From Eutreptiella sp. 'Long Island Sound 2002' (Eukaryota; Protista; Euglenida): DNA of 64,000 nt. The stretch covers positions 134,602,001 to 134,666,000 of the forward strand of contig OZ038378.1 of the NCBI GenBank assembly GCA_964036045.1, in the 5' to 3' direction. The stretch's first letter is position 1; each line of letters starts with the position of its first letter. Shown here in pieces: positions 12,335-23,900 of this stretch. Under the pieces are notes generated by a model, which made no database searches, was not told the origin of the DNA, and was given only the letters and a program-made list of their open reading frames with translations. A program made the position numbers and the translations under genes.

Positions 12335-12659
12335 AGGTGTCAATGAAGTAAAGGTCCTGCACCCAAACAACACAGTAGCCCACTGAACCTGTGAACCTGC
12401 AAAACAAACGTCAGTACTTCTGAACCCAACAAAACTTTGGCGCTGGATGAAGAGTACGCGAGCCCTTGGGGCCAAGGTTGGGTTGGGGGGGGGGGGGGAG
12501 GTTCCTGAGCAGGCTTTCAACCATGAGTCCCCGAGTATCAACTGGGTCTTTGGGAACACATGCCTTAGCAGTAGTCGTCTCTGATGTGTCCCCGTCCTTG
12601 TACGTGGAGGATGCACGCACTTTCCTTGGCCCTGTTCGCCCTGCGCCTGCAGGGCCCCG

Positions 12660-12830
12660 CGTGCTGCCTCCCCGTTCATAGTAAAATGACTGGTGCTCAG
12701 GGTCCATCTCACGCCAATACTCTGCTGTTGTATAGTCTGTCTTGAAACTGTCGACGCTGGTCTTGGCTGCCCTGGCCTTGATCAGACCCGCAATGCGGTG
12801 GTTGGGCGCTTTGGGGCTGTAGGCCTGCTC
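12660..12830 (-). pseudogene. HMG-box-like coding relic (one frameshift)
   Basis: RPTAPKRPTTA in one frame continues after a 1-nt shift as AGLIKARAAKTSVDSFKTDYTTAEYWREMDPEHQSFYYE. This matches the HMG-box pattern PxAPKRP.sA(F)...W..m..e.k..Y.e. Confidence 0.5.
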
Positions 12831-15385
12831 CGTGTGCTCTGGGAACGGGAGGCGGCCCGGGCGCCCACGACGACTGCTGGGGGAAATGATGTTTCTTGGG
12901 GATCTGTTGCCTCGGTTACTTTTTGGGGTGATGGCATGGTCATCGTAGTGGTCATGGTGGTGGTGATGGTGGTGGTGGCGCTCTTCAAACCACTGCCGCC
13001 GGGAGAAAAAGTGCATCCGATCTCTTTCAAAGATGAACCTGCAGTGGCAGGGCAAGGGGTGGTGGGCAGGGTACGCTCAGGGTTGCACTCAGGCAGTAGC
13101 AAGGCAGGATGGCATGGCCTGTGCCCTTGGTTGGGGGCAGAAAGATTGGGTGAGGGTGTGGGCACAAATGTGGGCATAGGCAGGATTGAGGGCAGTGTTA
13201 GGAGTGAGGAGAAAGCAGGGGTGAAGAGCAGGGTGTGTGTACAGGGTTCCCACAGTTTCGGTGTTATGTATAATTTTCCAGTTCACCAAAAGATTTAGAA
13301 ACACCGGCAAATATTTTGATTCGGAAAAAACAGTCAAATAGTTGCACTGCGTGCGCACTGCGCTCAAGGCACCCTAGTTCCCAGAGATGAGAAAAATGTA
13401 GGGCACATAAGGAAAAAAGCAGACGCCGTGTACTTTTTCTTTTTGCTGCAAATCGCGTACTTCTTTTTTGGTTTTTGAGTAAGTCATGTATGTATGGAAA
13501 AAAGTGACAGAAAAAAGGGTGAGTGTTTTTTGTGTAAATCATGTACGCTTTTCTTTCTAATGTAAATTGCGTACATTTTGTTCCAAAAAAAAAAGGAAGA
13601 GAACAATAAGAACAACCTGACTGTTTTTGTGTCATGCCTGCCGCATGGTGCATTATGACTCCTTTTGTATCGCTTGCCTTGCCATTGCGACTAGGGGAGG
13701 TGAAGCATATACCATTTTGGGTACCCCCGCCGTGGGTAAAGCAATAGAGCCATGGGATGCAGGGACTTCAGGGTAAAGCAATGAAGAGGTGGTTGCCTCG
13801 AAATGACGTGCTACAAGAAAGCGGTAGGCGATTTACATCCTCCACTAGGACAACGTGAAGTAACGTGACAAAACGTGCAACACTTTGAGGAGTGGGACAA
13901 AAAAAATTGTGTTGATGATGCGCATTGCTTCTTGGATGAATCTTTTCAGCAAAGGCATAACATCAACGTCCTCCAAGCTTCCCATGGGCAATCAGCTTCC
14001 GGGCACTATATCAAATGTTTGTACACCCTGACCCACCCCCCCCACCTCTCACCGACCCCCTAAGCCCGGTGCCTCCCTGCCCAAACCCGACTTTTGTACA
14101 CCTCCCCCCTTGGGCTCGGACATGTGGAGAAACAGACCCCCACCCCCACTCGCCTTCTCATCTCTCCCCCATTTTGCTACAAAAACAACAAGAACCTAGC
14201 AACCTAACAAGAATCCTTCCCCCCCGCCCTTGCTTGCTTGATATGCGAAGCCCTCAGTGCAAGCCCTGGAGCCGCTTTGGGTGCTTCTAGCTCGTATCCT
14301 TGTGCCCTGACCTTCAGGGGTAAGTCGCACCCGACCCTATTCGGAACCACCCCTAGCTATCCCCCAAGACTCAAGGGTGGGAAGGGACTCTTGGGGGGGT
14401 CTCTTTGGGGGGGGGGGGGGTGCGTTGGGGGTTACTATTGGAAAGAGGGCGTGGGGGGGGGGGGCTGCGCGCGACCCACTACCTTTGCAACCATACCTTG
14501 AGGGGAGGGGGGGTGGGTTGAGGTTATGGAGGTATGCTTGCAATAGTAGCACTTTGAGGTCTTTGCCGAGAAGAAATTCTTAAGGGTTGCTGTGTTCCCC
14601 CCCCTCACCCCTCCCCTTGTGTTAGTTTGCATCAAAAGAATTAGTGATGGTTGGTTTTTGACAAAAGTGTGCTAGGAAGTAGAGTTGGGCGTTAAAGGGA
14701 AAAATTCTTGAAGCTTCAATTTAGATGTTGATCAAAGGTTTCCTCAAGGTTAGACTGAGAATCCGAATGTAAAACTCCTGAAGAAGAGAGGGATATTGAT
14801 GCCTAAAGATCCTTGAAAAGTCCCCCCTTTGAGGATGGGGACAAGGACGCTCGCCAAACAAGCTTCAATTGAACCGCCTCTTCTTGTGGCGCTTCCCTAC
14901 ACTTTTAAGAGGACGAGATCGCTCAGCCCTAGAGGCCGTTGCCGCCAACTCACTTGGGAGCGCAAGTAGAGGATGTTTAGGGTAGGGAGAAGGTTTGGAG
15001 GGAAGGCTAGAAGACGATGAAGCGAAAAAGTTGGGTATAGAAAAAGAAGCCGCGCCAACCGGCGCGGGTGCATTGGCGTGCAGGATCTAAGTATGGGGCG
15101 CCGTGTCACACATTGCGCTGAAACACACAGCATAGAAGGTAAAAAAATGGCAGGAAAAAGCTGGGCATTTTGCAGGGGATTTTTGGAAACACTTAGCACT
15201 TATGGTCACCAAACGGGACTCGTATCGCACGGTACATTTCAGAAATCGGCACCAAAATTCTATTGCCTTCGGCAGTGCACCTCGAAGAGAGGTTGACAGT
15301 CAGCCAAGCAGTCCCTAAGCCAGGCCAGCAGTCAGTCAGACAAAAACACACAGTTTGGGTTTTTTGTCAATGGCAGACACATCAG

Positions 15386-15627
15386 CAAGCAGTGGGGAGC
15401 AGTTATCCTGGTACTCAAGCAGTGGTCGAATGGTAATGCAGCAGGCGATGGACTTTTTGGTCGGCGGTTCGAACCCCGGTGAGGTGAATATGCCGCCGCC
15501 GCCGCCGGCGGCGGTGCCAAAAGAGTACCCAGCCCGGGGTTCGAACCAACGACCCTTGGTGCCGCACTCTGCTGCGTTACCATCCGACCAGCAGTTGTAC
15601 GACAGCCTCCACCTTCCCCACTGCTTG
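15386..15627. other. Inverted pair of tRNA-like (Pol III A-box/B-box) units around a GCC-repeat centre
   Basis: Plus strand: TGGTCGAATGG (15423) and GGTTCGAACCC (15466). Minus strand: TGGTCGGATGG (15590) and GGTTCGAACCCC (15547). Outer IR CAAGCAGTGGGGA / TCCCCACTGCTTG. No intact cloverleaf. Confidence 0.6.
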
Positions 15628-16299
15628 GAGCCTTCTAAGCGAAAACTTTTGACCCCCCCCCCTTCCCCCCCTCAAAAAAGTGATATCCAGTTTTAGGGGA
15701 TAGAGGCCTCAGAATCAAAAAATCCATTGGGGGATGGTCTTATTGGGCAAAATAATGATTTTACAAGGGGTTGGACATCAAATATCATGCCTTGGGGTAT
15801 GCTACGCGAATGATCCCAAAAAAGGGGGGTATACGACGCCCGCGCCTGCGCTTGATCTAACAACCTCTCTTCGAGGTGATTTTGTCCGAGCTACCCGGGG
15901 ACGGTTGCCTGGAAGGTCCATAGAACATTCCAAGCGATATTGGTTCTTGGGTCCCGAGTTGGCTGCCAAAACTTCCAAGCATTTTTCCGGGCAACTTTGA
16001 AAACTTCCAGGCGATTTTCAATTGAAATTTGCTATGTTCAGAGAGGGCAATGTTGTCCACCTATATACCTGACCTCAGCAAAGCAACATGCAAAAAAGAA
16101 AAGAATACTTGTCCTTAATTGGAACTGTGAATGCTGTACTCCCCTTCACTGAGCAGAGGCACGGGACAACCATCACTTGACACGGCGTCCACATCCAACA
16201 CCCGCTCCCCCTGACTATGTACAGCCGTACGCCGATACTTCTTGGGTTGCGGTTGAGGTTCAGGGCTGTCATGAGATAATCATGAAGAATCTGACCCTG

Positions 16300-17980
16300 C
16301 GGCACTTACTGTACAGCCGCCAGACACGTACACATCATCATCCTCAGAATCATCATACTCGGGACTGCTACTACTCCCACTTTCACTGCTGCTACTGCTG
16401 CTGCTGCTGCTACTACTGCTGCCTTTAGGAAACACAAGTTGCTGCTCTATGTCGCTATCAACAATGGGGACGCGCAACAACTTTGCCTAACTCATTGGTT
16501 GTACGCGCTGGTGGTCGCTTACATCACTTGGACCTTTAACTGAGGCAGCGCTGTCCTCCGCCTCCGAAGCAGGAACCACAAGAATGGAACTTGGGTTAGA
16601 ATCCACTGGTCTGGGGATGGGCCCCACATCAGTTTTACCCTTACCCTTGCCCTTGAGATCTTTACGCCGTGCGGCACAGGATTTGAATTTGGACCTGCTC
16701 TTCAAAGCCATGGTAGGCCAACTTTGGACAGCTTCCACCTCAAGGGGGACCCATTGACGAAAACCACGCTTTGAGCCACAACTCCCACACATACAAACCA
16801 CATCACTTTCCGGTTCTGCACTTGGAAATTTGCATTTAACCGAATCGATTGCTGGGTGCATATATAACTTGCAGCCGCCTGCTTCTTGACAAGTCATCAA
16901 GTGCCGTAACAGGCGTTGAAAAACTGTCGGCCACAGTGCATTGGCAGCAACCATGCAAGCCTCCAAAACAAGGTTCCGATGGACAGGGGCCCAAATTTTG
17001 ACAGTGGGAATCTTCTTTTTCTTACGCAAAAACCTTTCATACAGCTCATGCTTCAAACTTTCACTAATACTGGCATCCCGCCTAGTACTAGTCACGGGCG
17101 TATCTTTTGGCCACCCGGAGATCCCGTTCCCCTGCCTCATCAGAATATAGCATCGGGGTCCGCGGGTTAAACCAAGCGTGGGACCACCCATGCATATATA
17201 GGGTTGTAGTGCAACCTTCTTCCGCAAATTCCGGAATGATGTGCACAATATATGTGTACACTAGACCCATAGCTTGCCATGCTGCAGTTGCCAATGCAGT
17301 GCAACTATAGCACAGGTGTACTATGTGGTAGAAGGCCAGAACCAGAGAATGGAAGGGCAATGGGAGGACCATGCCCCCCGCCAGTCTTCCCATCACAGTG
17401 CGGGCCTCTCGGCCAGTTGATGCCTGCTTGGAACCTTCCTTGCACCAGGCGCTGGTGCTCCCTGCTATCAGGAGGCAAAGATCCAGGGTGGTATCTCCTA
17501 GCAACTTGAGCTATTACCTCGACACTTTACCTCGACTTACCTTTCATCGACACTGGAGGCGTTTGCCAGCATCTGCCCTGTGCCTGCCAATCAGTTCATG
17601 GTGTCAGTTTTCATCTTGAACTTCCTTGGGGCCACCCCTTTGGACCGCAAGGAGCTAGACAACCTTCCAAGGCCCCCCACTGGCACAGTCCGGGTTGTGC
17701 GGCGCCCAATGGGCCCTTTACAACCCAACTCCGCCACCCCAGTACCCCATTGTCCCAAGGCACCAGCTGCCATGCTTCTGCGGCATGAGCATTTGTGCCA
17801 GCAACAGTGCTGCAAACCCTTGATCGCCTCCAACCAGGTGCCGGGTGGTCTATGGTGGCACTGCGGCAGCAGGAGCTACTACATCTTGCGGCAGTGGAGC
17901 ACGCCCTGATCAACAGCAGACTGTTGCCGGAACTAGCCGGACGGTACCCGGGTTGTACAAGCATGAGTTGTTGAAGTCTA
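16300..17980 (-). pseudogene. DDE transposase relic, group 3 (central and C-terminal part)
   Basis: Motifs HLVGGDQGF (~17820) and TLYMHGWSH...YSDEAGERDLRVAK (~17120-17200), followed by ORF 16487-17248 and a Ser/acidic tail. Homologous to 53.4-54.1 kb. Contains stops and frameshifts. Confidence 0.62.
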
Positions 17981-17995
17981 GCACAGGTAATCGAG

Positions 17996-20900
17996 GTAAA
18001 GTCGAGCACACTTGGAGGACCTGGATCTCTGAGCCACTCGACCAATTTGACCAAAAACAGGTTCTGGTGAAAGCTACAGGTTGGGGCATCACAAATATGC
18101 GGGGTTAAGAAAAATCTGAAACATGGGACCTTTTTTCTGGGGCGCATAGTCGAGCATACTTGGAGGACCTGGATCTCTGAGCCACGGGACCAATTTGACC
18201 AAAAACAGGTTCTAGTGAAAGCTACAAGTTGGGGCATTCCAAATATGCTTGGCTCCAAAAATTCTGAAACATGGCGGCCTTCGTCTGGGGCGGATAGTCG
18301 AGCACACTTGGAGGACCTGGATCTCTGAGCCACTGTGACCAATTCGACCAAAAACGGGTTCTCGTGAAAGCCACAGGTTGGGGCATTCCAAATGTGCTTG
18401 GTTCAAAAAATTTTGAACCAGTGGGCCTTTTTTCTTGGGCGGATAGTCGAGCACACTTGGAGGACCTGGATCTCTGAGCCACTCGACCAATTCGGCCTAA
18501 ACTAGGTTCTGGTGACGGCTACAGGTTGGGGCATTCCAAATATGATGGGTTCAAAAAAATGCGGAACAGTGGGCCCTTTTTCCAGGGGCGGATAGTCGAG
18601 CACACATGGAGGACCTGGATCTCTGAGCCACTGTGACCAATTTTGCAAAAAAAGGTTTCTCGTGACAGGTACAGGCTGGGGCATCAAAAATATGCTTGCT
18701 TCAAAAAAAAAAGTGAAACACTCGGCCCTTTTTCTGGGGCGGATAGTCAAGCACACTTGGAGGGCTTGGATCTTTGAGCCACTGTGACTAATTCCACCAA
18801 AAACAGGTTATGGTGAAAGCCACAGGTTGGGGCATCAATTATATGCTTGGTTAAAAAAAAATCTGAAACATGGGGCCTTTTTTCCAGTGGCAGATAGTCA
18901 AGCACACTTGGAGGACCTGTATCTCTGAGCCACTGTGACCAATTCGACCGAAAACAAGTTCTGGTGAAAGCTACAGGTTGGCGCATTCCAAATGTGCTTG
19001 GTTCAAAAAATAATCTGAAACATTTGGCCTCTTTTCTGGGGCGGATAGTCGAGCACACTTGGAGGACCTCAATCTCCGAGCCACTGTGACCAATTTGACC
19101 AAAAACAGGTTCTGGTGAAAGCTACGGGTCGGGGCATTCCAAATATGCTTGCCTCAAAAAATTCTGAAACATGGCGGCCTTCGTCTGGGGCGGATAGCCG
19201 AGCACACTTGGAGGACCTGGATCTCTGAGCCACTGTGACCAATTCGGCCAAAAAACAGGTTCTGGTGAAAGCCACAGGTCGGAGCATTCCAAATGTGCTT
19301 GGTTCAAAAAATCTGAAGCATGGGGCCTTTTTTCTAGGGGCGGATAGTCGAGCACACTTGGAGGACCTGGATCTCTGAGCCACTCGACCAATTCGGCCTA
19401 AACTAGGTTCTGGTGACGGCTACAGGTTGGGGCATTCCAAATATGATGGGTTCAAAAAAATGCGGAACAGTGGGCCCTTCTTCCAGGGGCGGATAGTCGA
19501 GCACACATGCAGGACCTGGATCTCTGAGCCACTGTGACCAATTGTGCAAAAAATGGTTTCTCGTGACAGGTACAAGTTGCAGCATCAAAAATATGCTTGG
19601 TTCAAAAAAAAAACTGAAACACTCGGCCCTTTTTCTGGGGCGGATAGTCAAGCACACTTGGAGGGCTTGGATCTTTGAGCCACTGTGACTAATTCCACCA
19701 AAAACAGGTGATGGTGAAAGCCAAAGGTTGGGGCATCAATTATATGCTTGGTTCAAAAAAATCTGAAACATGGGGCCTTTTTTTCCAGTGGAGGATAGTC
19801 GAGCACACTTGGAGGACCTGGATCTCTGAGCCACTGTGACCCATTCGACCAAAAACAAGTTCTGGTGAAAGCTACGGGTCGGGGCATTCCAAATATGCTT
19901 GGCCCAAAAAATTCTGAAACATGGCGCCCTTTTTTAGGGGCGGATAGTTGAGCACACTTGGAGGACCTGGATCTCCGAGCCACTGCGACCAATTCCACCT
20001 AAACTAGGTTCTGGTGAAAGCTACAGGTTGGGGCATTCCAAATATGCTTGGTTCAAAAAAATCTGAATCAGTGGGCCCTTTTTTTTTGTGGTGCGGATAG
20101 TCGAGCACACTTGGAGGACCTGGGTCTCTGAGCCACTGTGACCAATTTGACCAAAAACAGGTTCTAGTGAAAGCTACAGGTTGGGGCATTCCTAATATGC
20201 TTGATTAAAAAAAAAATGAAACATGGGGGCTTTTCTCTGGGGCGGATAGTGGAGCACACTTGGAGGACCTGGATCTCTGAGCCACTGTGACCAATTCGAC
20301 CAGAAACAGGTTCTGGTGAAAGCTACAGGTTGGGGCACTCCTAATATGCTTGATTAAAGAAAAAATGAGACATGGGGGCTTTTTTCTCGGGCGGATAGTC
20401 GAGCACATTTGGAGGACCTAGATCGCTGAGCCACTGTGACTAATTCGACCAAAAACAAGTTCTGGTGAAAGCTACAGGTTGGGGCATCACAAATATGCGG
20501 GGTTAAAGAAAATCTGAAACATGGGGCCTTTTTTCCAGGGGCGGATAGTCCAGCACACTTGGAGGACCTAGAATCCTGAGCCACTGTGACCAATTCGACC
20601 AAAAACAGGTTCTGGTGAAAGCTACAGGTTGGGGCATTCCAAATGTACTTGGCTCAAAAAATCTGAAACATGGGGCCTTTTTTCTGGGGCGCATAGTCGA
20701 GCACACTTGGAGGACCTAGATCTCTGAGCCACTGGACCAATGTGACCAAAAACAGGTTCTAGTGAAAGCTACAAGTTGGGGCATTCCAAATATGCTTGGT
20801 TCAAAAAAATCTGGAACAGTGGACAGTTTTTCCAGGGGCGGATAGTCGAGCACACTTGGAGGACCTGGATCTGTGAGCCACTGTGACCAATTCGGCCAAA

Positions 20901-23900
20901 AAACAAGTTCTGGTGAAAGCTACAGGTTGGGGCATTCCAAATGTGCTTGGTTCAAAAAAATGTGAAACATGGGGCCTTTTTTTTGGGGCGGATAGTCCAG
21001 CACACTTGGAGGACCTGGATCCATGAGCCACTGTGACCAATTCGCCCAAAAAACAGGTTCTGGTGAAAGCTAGTGGTTGGCGCAGTCCAAATGTGCTTGG
21101 TTCAAAAAAAACTGAAAAATGGGGCCTTTGTTCTAGGGGCGGATAGTCGAGCACACTTGGAGGACCTGAATCTCTGAGCCACTGTGACCAATTTTGCAAA
21201 AAAAGGTTTCCGGTGACAGGTACAGGTTGGGGCATTCCAAATATGCTTGGTTCAAAAAAACCTAAAACACTGAACCCTATTTCTGGGGCGGATACTCAAG
21301 CACACTTGGAGGACTTGGATCTTTGAGCCAATGTGACCCATTCGACCAAAAGCAGGTTGTGGTGAAAGCCACAGGTTGGGGCATCAATTATATGCTTGGT
21401 TAAAAAAAAATGTGAAACATGGGGCCTTTTTTTCCAGGGGCGGATAGTCGAGCACACTTGGAGGACCTGGATCTCTGAGCCACTGTGACCAATTCGACCA
21501 AAAACAAGTTCTGGTGAAAGCCACAGGTTGGCGCATTCCAAATGTGCTGGGTTCAAAAAATAATCTGAAACATGTGGCCTCTTTTCTGGGGCGGATAGTC
21601 GAGGACACTTGGAGGACATCAATCTCCGAGCCACTGTGACCAATTTGACCAAAAACAGGTTCTGGTGCAAGCTACGGGTTAGGGCATTCCAAATGTGCTT
21701 GGCTCAAAAAAGTCTGAAACATGGCGCCCTTTTTTCGGGGCGGATAGTCGAGCACACTTGGAGGACCTGGATCTCTGACCCACTGTGACCAATTCCACCT
21801 AAACTAGGTTGTGGTGAAAGCTACAGGTTGGGGCATTCCAAATGTGCTTGGTTCAAAAAAATGTGAAACATGGGGCCTTTTTTCTGGGGCGGATAGTCGA
21901 GCACACTTGGAGGACCTGGATGTCTGAGCCACTATGACCAATTCGACCAAAAACAGGTTCTGGTGAAAGCCACAGGTTGGGGCATCAATTATATCCTTGG
22001 CTCAAAAAGTTCTGAAACATGGCGCCCTTTTTCTGGGGCGGATAGTCGAGCACACTTGGAGGACCTACATCTCTGAGCCACTATGACCAATTCGACCAAA
22101 AATAGGTTCTGGTGAAAGCTACAGGTTGGCGCTTTCCAAATATGCTTGGTTCAAAAAAATCTGAAACAGTGGGCCCTTTTTTTTGTGGTGCGGATAGTCG
22201 AGCACACTTGGAGGACCTGGGTCTCTGAGCCACTGTGACCAATTCGACCAAAAACAGGTTGTGGTGAAAGCTACACGTTGGGGCATTCCTAATATGCTTG
22301 ATTAAAAAAAAATGAAACATGGGGGCTTTTCTCTGGGGCGGATAGTCGAGCACACTTGGAGGACCTGGATCTCTGAGCCACTGTGACCAATTCGACCAGA
22401 AACAGGTTCTGGTGAAAGCTACAGGTTGGGGCACTCCTAATATGCTTGATTAAAGAAAAAATGAGACATGGGGGCTTTTTTCTGGGGCGGATAGTCGAGC
22501 ACATTTGGAGGACCTAGAACTCTGAGCCACTGTGACTAATTCGACCAAAAACAAGTTCTGGTGAAAGCTACAGGTTGGGGCATCACAAATATGCGGGGTT
22601 AAAGAAAATCTGAAACATCGGGCCTTTTTTCCAGGGGCGGATAGTCCAGCACACTTGGAGGACCTGGAATTCTGAGCCACTATGACCAATTCGACCAAAA
22701 ACAGGTTCTAGTGAAAGCTACAGGTTGGGGCATTCCAAATGTACTTGGCTCAAAAAGTTCTGAAACACTCGGCCCTTTTTCTTGGGCGGATAGTCGAGCA
22801 CATTTGGAGGACCTGGATCTCTGAGCCACTGTGACCAATTCGACCAAAAACAGGTTCTCGTGAAAGCCACAGGTTGGGGCATCAATTATATGCTTGGCTC
22901 AAAAAATTCTGAAACATGGCGCCCTTTTTCTGGGGTGGATAGTCGAGCACACTTGGAGGACCTACATCTCTGAGCCACTATGACCAATTCGACCAAAAGC
23001 AAGTTCTAGTGAAAGCTACAGGTTGGCGCTTTCCAAATATGCTTGGTTCAAAAAAATCTGAAACAGTGGGCCCTTTTTTTTGTGGTGCGGATAGTGGAGC
23101 ACACTTGGAGGACCTGGATCTCTGAGCCACTGTGACCAATTCGACCAAAAACAGGTTTTGGTGAAAGCTACAGGTTGGGGCATTCCTAATATGCTTGATT
23201 AAAAAAAAATGAAACATGGGGGCTTTTTTTCCAGGGGCGGATAGTCGAGCACACTTGGAGGACCCGGATCTCTGAGCCACTGTGACCAGTTCGACCAAAA
23301 ACAGGTTCTGGTGAAAGCTACAGGTTGGGGCATTCCTAATATGCTTCATTAAAAAAAAAAAGAGACATGGGGGCTTTTTCCAGGGGCAAATAGTCGAGCA
23401 CATTTGGAGGACCTAAATATTTGAGCCACTATGACTAATTCGACCAAAAACAAGTTCTGGTGAAAGCTACAGGTTGGGGCATCACAAATATGCGGGGTTA
23501 AAGAAAATCTGAAACATGGGGCCTTTTTTCCCGGGGCGGATAGTCCAGCACACTTGGAGGACCTGTAATTCTGAGCCACTGTGACCAATTTGACCAAAAA
23601 CAAGGTTCTAGTGAAAGCTGCAAGTTGGGGCATTCCAAATATGCTTGGTTCGAAAAAATCTGCAACAGTGGACAGTTTTTCCAGGCGCGGATAGTCGAGC
23701 ACACTTGGAGGACCTGGATCTCTGAGCCACTGCGACCAATTCGGCCAAAAAACAGGTTCTGGTGAAAGCTAGTGGTTGGCGCATTCCAAATGCGCTTGGT
23801 TCAAAAAATCTGAAAAATGGGGCCTTTTTTCTAGGGGCGGATAGTCGAGCACACTTGGAGGACCTGGATCTCTGAGCCATTGTGACCAATTTTGCAAAAA

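Noticed and set aside
15417-15597. Functional tRNA genes
   Set aside because: A and B boxes are present, but I could not form acceptor and anticodon stems.
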